The translations under genes and the position numbers were made by a program. 64,000 bases of DNA from Candidatus Zixiibacteriota bacterium (lineage in GTDB: Bacteria; Zixibacteria; MSB-5A5; WJJR01), in NCBI GenBank assembly GCA_036397555.1, contig DASWIS010000031.1:80052-144051 (forward strand), given 5' to 3'. The notes beneath the pieces were generated by a model, which did no database searches, was not told the origin of the DNA, and saw only the letters and a list, made by a program, of their open reading frames with translations. Of the stretch, positions 59,719 to 64,000 are shown in pieces (the first letter of the stretch is position 1; the number at the start of each line of letters is the position of its first letter).

Positions 59719-61146
59719 ATGAATCTACGACGCGTGAATCTGCCGATTCTGGCCGTCCTCTTCCTGTCCGGATGCGGCTCGACATTGCCCCTCCCCGGCG
59801 AGCGCCCCCCGTTGACCGATCGCCAGAGGGATGCTGCCCTCAAGGCGCTGCTGGGACAGGACGACTATGCCGAGTATGTCTTGATTGCCGACACACTCGA
59901 ATCGGCCGAGTGGCTGCGCAAGTTTTGGGTCAGCCACGACCCGACACCCGCTTCAACCGAAAACGAATTCAGGGACGAGCACGAACGGCGCGTCTACCAC
60001 GCGATCTATCTGTTCGGCAGCCATTCCGGCGGGCCGCCGTGGGATGAACGGGGAGAGGTATACATCCGCTATGGCCAGCCCGACGAGCGCCTGATCCGCC
60101 GCGGGGTCGATGACGATCCAACTTCGGCTTTCCGGCGCGAACAGGACGACAGATTCGACGACCCATTAGACAACGTCAACACGGCTACGGAAGTCTGGAC
60201 CTATTACCGCTGGAACCAGACATTTCAATTCGAGGACAAACGTGGCTGGGACAGCTTCGAGATGGTCCCGGTGACCGACCCGTTTTCGGAGCGTCAGGAC
60301 CTCGCCGAGTTCTATCAGAATCGTCTGCGTGCGGTCGATCTGCAGCCGGCGATCTACTACCACGAGTACGGCCGCAACCTGATCGATTACTCCCTCGACG
60401 TGGTGCGCTTCCGTGGCGAGGACGGCAATTGGCGGGTCGATATCAATCTTGGCTACCCGCTCTCCGAGCTCGAGCGTGCCGAAGACTCCGTATCCATCAC
60501 CATCCAACGCACCGTCATCGTCCGAGACGACGAGCAACGCGATGTCTACGCAGAGGGAGGGCGCATCCAACGGATTGTCGGCAACCAGTCCGACAATCGC
60601 CTGATGGTCGAGCAGAAGGTGCTCGACCTGGCGCCGGGAGCATACGCGCTCATTGTGCGTGTCGACGATTTGATCTCCGGGAAGTCGGGAACGTACATCA
60701 AAAACTTCAGACTGCCCGAGTTCATCGTCCCGGAAGTGCAGGAAATCTCGGACATCGAGCTGGCGTCGTATGTCTGGTCCATCTTCGAGCCGGGCGCCTC
60801 GTTCGTCAAAAGTGACCGCGTGGTGGTGCCGTTGCCGTCACGTGTCTATCTGCCGGGGCAACCGCTGTCATTCTATTTTGAGGTTTACAATCTTCTCTTA
60901 AACGACGACGGCCAATCCCACTTCTCGATCTCCTACGAGATTTCGGGAATCGAACGCCGCGAGAAGAAATCCTACGATGCGGCCCACAGCGGGCCGCGCA
61001 CGGGGAATTCACGCCACGTCAGCCATGTCGATTCATTTGACATCGACGATCTGGCTGCGGGAGAATACGTCCTGACCGTCCGTGTCAACGATCTCCTCGG
61101 AAAGCACGAAAAGACGACAGCGGTACAATTCAAGAAATCGGGCTGA
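59719..61146 (+). CDS. GWxTD-domain lipoprotein
   Basis: Lipobox LFLSGCGS; WDERGEVYIRYGQPDER matches the GWxTD-domain core (from memory of TIGR04514). Confidence 0.55.
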   Translation: MNLRRVNLPILAVLFLSGCGSTLPLPGERPPLTDRQRDAALKALLGQDDYAEYVLIADTLESAEWLRKFWVSHDPTPASTENEFRDEHERRVYHAIYLFGSHSGGPPWDERGEVYIRYGQPDERLIRRGVDDDPTSAFRREQDDRFDDPLDNVNTATEVWTYYRWNQTFQFEDKRGWDSFEMVPVTDPFSERQDLAEFYQNRLRAVDLQPAIYYHEYGRNLIDYSLDVVRFRGEDGNWRVDINLGYPLSELERAEDSVSITIQRTVIVRDDEQRDVYAEGGRIQRIVGNQSDNRLMVEQKVLDLAPGAYALIVRVDDLISGKSGTYIKNFRLPEFIVPEVQEISDIELASYVWSIFEPGASFVKSDRVVVPLPSRVYLPGQPLSFYFEVYNLLLNDDGQSHFSISYEISGIERREKKSYDAAHSGPRTGNSRHVSHVDSFDIDDLAAGEYVLTVRVNDLLGKHEKTTAVQFKKSG

Positions 61147-61174
61147 AGAGACAGGGTTCGGGCCATCCGCGCGT

Positions 61175-61594
61175 TCAGTTGTCCAGGGCGCCCTCATCGA
61201 TCCATGTGCGGATAATCTGAATCAACGTATCCGCCAGCGGTGCGCGGCCGAACGGCATGCGCGGCGTGACCGTTCCTTCGAGAATCAGGATGATGTAGCT
61301 ATCGTCGGCGCTGCCGGGAATCACGACCGGACCGCTCACCGAGGCGCCCGACATCAGCGACTCGTAGCTGGCCAGACTCAGCCCATTTGCCGCACTGCCG
61401 ATATGACACCCTGCACCGGAACAATTGGATTGGAAGATCGGTAAGACTTGGGCGCTGAAAGACACGAACTCCCTCTGCGGACGGGTGCCGGTTCCCAGGT
61501 CGGTACAAGCGGATATCGTCGCGAGGGTTACAAGAGCCAATACCCGACAGCCGGCACGTCGCCTCAGTTGAGGTCTGGAGTACGGAACGGTCAC
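61175..61594 (-). CDS. lipoprotein with PSCyt1-like (planctomycete cytochrome c-like) domain, variant heme motif CSGAGCH
   Basis: Lipobox LATISAC; VLPIFQSNCSGAGCH...LSLASYESLMSG...GPVVIPGSADDSYIIL...MP...IIRTWIDEGA follows the PSCyt1 pattern (VxPILxxxCxxCH...PG...S.L...MP...I..WI..GA) but with CX4CH. Confidence 0.45.
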   Translation of the reverse strand: MTVPYSRPQLRRRAGCRVLALVTLATISACTDLGTGTRPQREFVSFSAQVLPIFQSNCSGAGCHIGSAANGLSLASYESLMSGASVSGPVVIPGSADDSYIILILEGTVTPRMPFGRAPLADTLIQIIRTWIDEGALDN

Positions 61595-61627
61595 AACGCT
61601 CAGTGCGCGGCGCAGCCAGGGTGACGG

Positions 61628-62752
61628 TTAGTAGTATCCGTGCAGAATGATCTCGACGCGGCTGTTGGTCCTACGCCCCGGTACGGTTTCACCTTCCTCG
61701 TAACGTACCAGCGGTTCAAGCTTCAGATAGTGGCGCAGGTAAACACGTGTGCCGAGCGTGATTTGAGTCTGTGTACCGGTTGCAAAGTCAAGATCGGGGT
61801 CTAAGTAATCCCATGCCACATACACGTCGACGCCATCGCGTACAAGCAAATCCAGCTCCTGCGTGAACAGCCACGACCGGAACACGGCGTTCTCATCGCG
61901 GACATCTTCCATGCGACGCTTGTAGAAATCTCCCACATATGTCAAGGGGCCCCACCGCCCCTGGGCAAGGATGCCCCATAGCTTTTCGCGGAATGTGCTG
62001 CCGCGATTGACCCGCGCGCTTGCGCCCAATGCGGCTTGCGCCGACTGTCCCAGTGCCATCCGATAAAGCCCACGGCCGACGAACTCCTTTTGCGAATTGT
62101 CGTCGAGACTGCCGAACCCGCCGCTGGAGCCGTTGAACACCCCGGCCGAGAAGACCAACGGTCCCGGCCGGACCCCCACCTCGATCCCCGCTTGCGCCGC
62201 CCCGGGAAAATCCAATCCCAGCTTCTCGCGCGTGTAGTGGTTGTGGTCATCCCAACGCCAGCCGATGTCGGGGGCAAAGTGTCCGACCTTCAGATAGCCA
62301 TGTTCCGGAAGGAAACGACCCAGCATGAAGACTTCATATCCGCCCTGAATCCCGCGATCCAGATACAGCACAAACTCCCGGCTCGGCTCAAACGCAAGGT
62401 AGACATCGCCCTGCATCTGAAAAAAAGTATTCTTGAGCGCACCGCGAGACTGCGTCGCGACATCGTCGGTCGCCAGATACAAAAAGCGGATGTCGGTGCC
62501 GATTCGAATCTGCTCGTTGAGCTTGGGCTCCGGCCATCGTGTCCGCTCGTGCGCTGCCAGCGGTTTCAGCGTCAGTTCGGTCGGACCGACATACTTGTTC
62601 ACGTAGTCGTTCCGCAGTCCGCCGCCTGTCGGATTGACGTGGCAGAGATGACAATCCTGACCGTAAGAGGCGGACAAACGCGGGGTGGCGTGGGCCGATA
62701 TACCGATACTGAGGAATGCCGAGAGAACCGTGGGCGTCAACAACCGGCGCAT
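61628..62752 (-). CDS. Cyc2-like fused monoheme cytochrome c / outer-membrane beta-barrel porin candidate
   Basis: Signal peptide, CHLCH (CxxCH) 10 aa into the mature protein, then about 330 aa with alternating-hydrophobic beta-strand pattern ending ...ILHGYY (aromatic C-terminus typical of OMPs). Confidence 0.45.
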   Translation of the reverse strand: MRRLLTPTVLSAFLSIGISAHATPRLSASYGQDCHLCHVNPTGGGLRNDYVNKYVGPTELTLKPLAAHERTRWPEPKLNEQIRIGTDIRFLYLATDDVATQSRGALKNTFFQMQGDVYLAFEPSREFVLYLDRGIQGGYEVFMLGRFLPEHGYLKVGHFAPDIGWRWDDHNHYTREKLGLDFPGAAQAGIEVGVRPGPLVFSAGVFNGSSGGFGSLDDNSQKEFVGRGLYRMALGQSAQAALGASARVNRGSTFREKLWGILAQGRWGPLTYVGDFYKRRMEDVRDENAVFRSWLFTQELDLLVRDGVDVYVAWDYLDPDLDFATGTQTQITLGTRVYLRHYLKLEPLVRYEEGETVPGRRTNSRVEIILHGYY

Positions 62753-62790
62753 GGATGGATTAACCGCTCCGACGGCCGGTTTCGCAATGA

Positions 62791-62826
62791 CAGAAAAATG
62801 AAATCCTCCGCAGAGCGGAGGATTTC
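62791..62826 (-). terminator. intrinsic terminator after the 63027..63914 gene (perfect 12-bp stem GAAATCCTCCGC-AGA-GCGGAGGATTTC, then AUUUUUCUG on the minus strand)
   Basis: Read directly; lies between the hypothetical exported protein and the Cyc2-like gene. Confidence 0.6.
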
Positions 62827-63026
62827 ATCACCCAGGTTTAAAGGAGGGATTGTATGCGGCTTGCCCTGAGGGCGTAGAAGCGAAGTTCGGTCTACATATT
62901 GCTGGCTCCGGTCGGACAGGGCACATGGCCCCGACCCGTCTCCTTGTGTCTCTGACTGACTGCAAACTAAAGGGTCTGCTCGGATGCGCAATAGCTTTTT
63001 TGAAGCCGCTGGCTGGCCCCCGACAG

Positions 63027-63914
63027 TTACAGGCCGTCTTCAATCTCGTCTAACAAGGCGTTGGCGCGCCGCACATGAAGCAACGCCCGCAGGAATCGGC
63101 CCGAACCCAGGGCATCGGCTGCCGTGTCGAGGTTGTTCCCGGCTTGGTCCAGCCCGACTTCGATGTCCGCTGAGCCGGGAGGGCCGACACGGGCGGCAAT
63201 CGCCAGCCAGCGCTCCCGGGATTCCCCGATGAGTGCGGCCACCGCGTCGGCATTGATGGATTCATCGCCGGACAACAGCAGTTCACGCAACGCAGCGCGC
63301 GCATGCCGGAGATGATCGGACGCAGAACGCCAATCGCCGCTTTCCATGGCACGACGCGCCGCCGCGTGGGCGTCGCCCGCCCGCTTCAGCGTTTCCATCG
63401 CTCCGGCATCGGTCCGGTCGATCAGGGATTCCGAACGCGTAATCGCCGCGCCGATACGATCCGCCTGCCGATCAATCCGCAACGGCTCTTGTCCGCGATC
63501 GGGGCGGCGTCGCTCCATTCCCCGTGCGGGCAAACTCAGCAGGTCCCTGGCCGCGAGGGTTCGACGCAACGCGCGCAGTGGACTGTTGCCGCGGTAATCG
63601 TGCCATGCGTCGCCCTGCATCCGCTGCGCCTCGCGCACACGATTCTGCAGGAAGGGGACCGGCCGCCGCGTCACTCGGTCGGTCCATTGCCGGATCAACT
63701 GGTCTGTCGCGACCAGTTCATCGCGGACTGTGGCCAGATGCTCGCTGTCGGTAAGATCGGCGGAGCGGAGACTGTCCTGCGCGACAGCGACTGCTGCCCA
63801 CAAGAGTCCGGTCAGCACGGCGATGGCACAAGACGGGATTATGAATCGGCCGGCGGCGTGGGTGAGCGGCCGTGTCCTGCCTGGCGGTGTGAATGCTGCC
63901 GGGTGGGATCGCAT
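63027..63914 (-). CDS. exported alpha-helical hypothetical protein
   Basis: ATG 63914 directly abuts the upstream TAG; hydrophobic N-terminal segment; Arg/Ala/Leu/Asp-rich helical composition; no family recognised. Confidence 0.45.
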   Translation of the reverse strand: MRSHPAAFTPPGRTRPLTHAAGRFIIPSCAIAVLTGLLWAAVAVAQDSLRSADLTDSEHLATVRDELVATDQLIRQWTDRVTRRPVPFLQNRVREAQRMQGDAWHDYRGNSPLRALRRTLAARDLLSLPARGMERRRPDRGQEPLRIDRQADRIGAAITRSESLIDRTDAGAMETLKRAGDAHAAARRAMESGDWRSASDHLRHARAALRELLLSGDESINADAVAALIGESRERWLAIAARVGPPGSADIEVGLDQAGNNLDTAADALGSGRFLRALLHVRRANALLDEIEDGL

Positions 63915-64000
63915 CTACTCCAGCCCATGCTTTCTCAGGCGCGCATACAGCACGCGCCGGGTGATTTTCAATGCGCGTGCCGCCCTGCTCTTGTTTCCGC
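63915..64000 (-). CDS. 3' end (C-terminal Fis-type HTH) of a transcriptional regulator, truncated by the window edge
   Basis: Translates ...AARALKITRRVLYARLRKHGLE*, the classic C-terminal HTH of NtrC/Fis-family regulators. Confidence 0.4.
   Translation of the reverse strand, partial: GNKSRAARALKITRRVLYARLRKHGLE

Overview
This is a high-GC bacterial chromosomal segment (sampled 60-nt lines in core genes run about 55-77% GC) that is densely packed with housekeeping genes on both strands. The organism is probably a Gram-negative of the FCB/Gemmatimonadota type: it has a fused lpxC-fabZ gene, a GWxTD lipoprotein and System I cytochrome c maturation (ccm) genes. I cannot assign taxonomy more firmly from sequence alone.

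Plus strand, 1-23.5 kb:
- A 5'-truncated gene, a polytopic membrane protein and a tiny zinc-ribbon ORF.
- An S11-family D-Ala-D-Ala carboxypeptidase, a zinc-ribbon SAM methyltransferase and comM with a translationally coupled hypothetical gene.
- A low-GC, twice-frameshifted REP-associated tyrosine transposase (RAYT) pseudogene. It is flanked by GTAG-type REP palindromes, and a near-identical REP copy sits after atpC.
- A lipid A cluster (lpxC-fabZ fusion, lpxA, lpxB, waaA, lpxK), then nadB and guaA.
- A complete F1Fo ATP synthase operon (small AtpZ-like gene, atpI, B, E, F, H, A, G, D, then atpC after a structured 230-nt spacer).

Between the convergent atp operon and gdhA, 23.56-25.07 kb: a low-GC islet (40% and 50% GC in two sampled lines against 77% in a gdhA line). 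It encodes a secreted orphan protein and a roughly 200-aa protein with an Rx4HN motif (HEPN-like, RiboL-PSP-like architecture). REP palindromes and hairpins flank it on one side and the gdhA intrinsic terminator on the other. This is my best candidate for an undescribed accessory module (toxin or abortive-infection-like).

25-64 kb:
- gdhA (-), a cyclophilin with an acidic low-complexity linker, dxr, rseP and lepB.
- An NtrC-type sigma54 response regulator with a hybrid GAF histidine kinase (-), and ccmABCDE (-).
- A TPR Ser/Thr kinase, tRNA-Glu, def, and three radical-SAM genes in a row (a fused TIGR03960/TIGR03936-like protein, mtaB, miaB).
- pilT followed by a large multi-domain regulator (MshEN-like/REC-like/HD-like/DUF4388).
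- tRNA-His, tRNA-Arg, tRNA-Pro, an exported AhpD-like protein, rdgB, murI, an amidase, smpB, tRNA-Leu and several lipoproteins or membrane proteins (DUF2807-like, DUF1761-like, GWxTD).
- At the 3' end, a two-gene cytochrome module: a Cyc2-like fused CxxCH-porin outer-membrane protein plus a PSCyt1-like cytochrome lipoprotein. It is followed by a hypothetical exported protein and the C-terminal tip of a Fis-HTH regulator.

No CRISPR array, rRNA or intact transposase was seen. All family names are from memory of motifs, not database searches.
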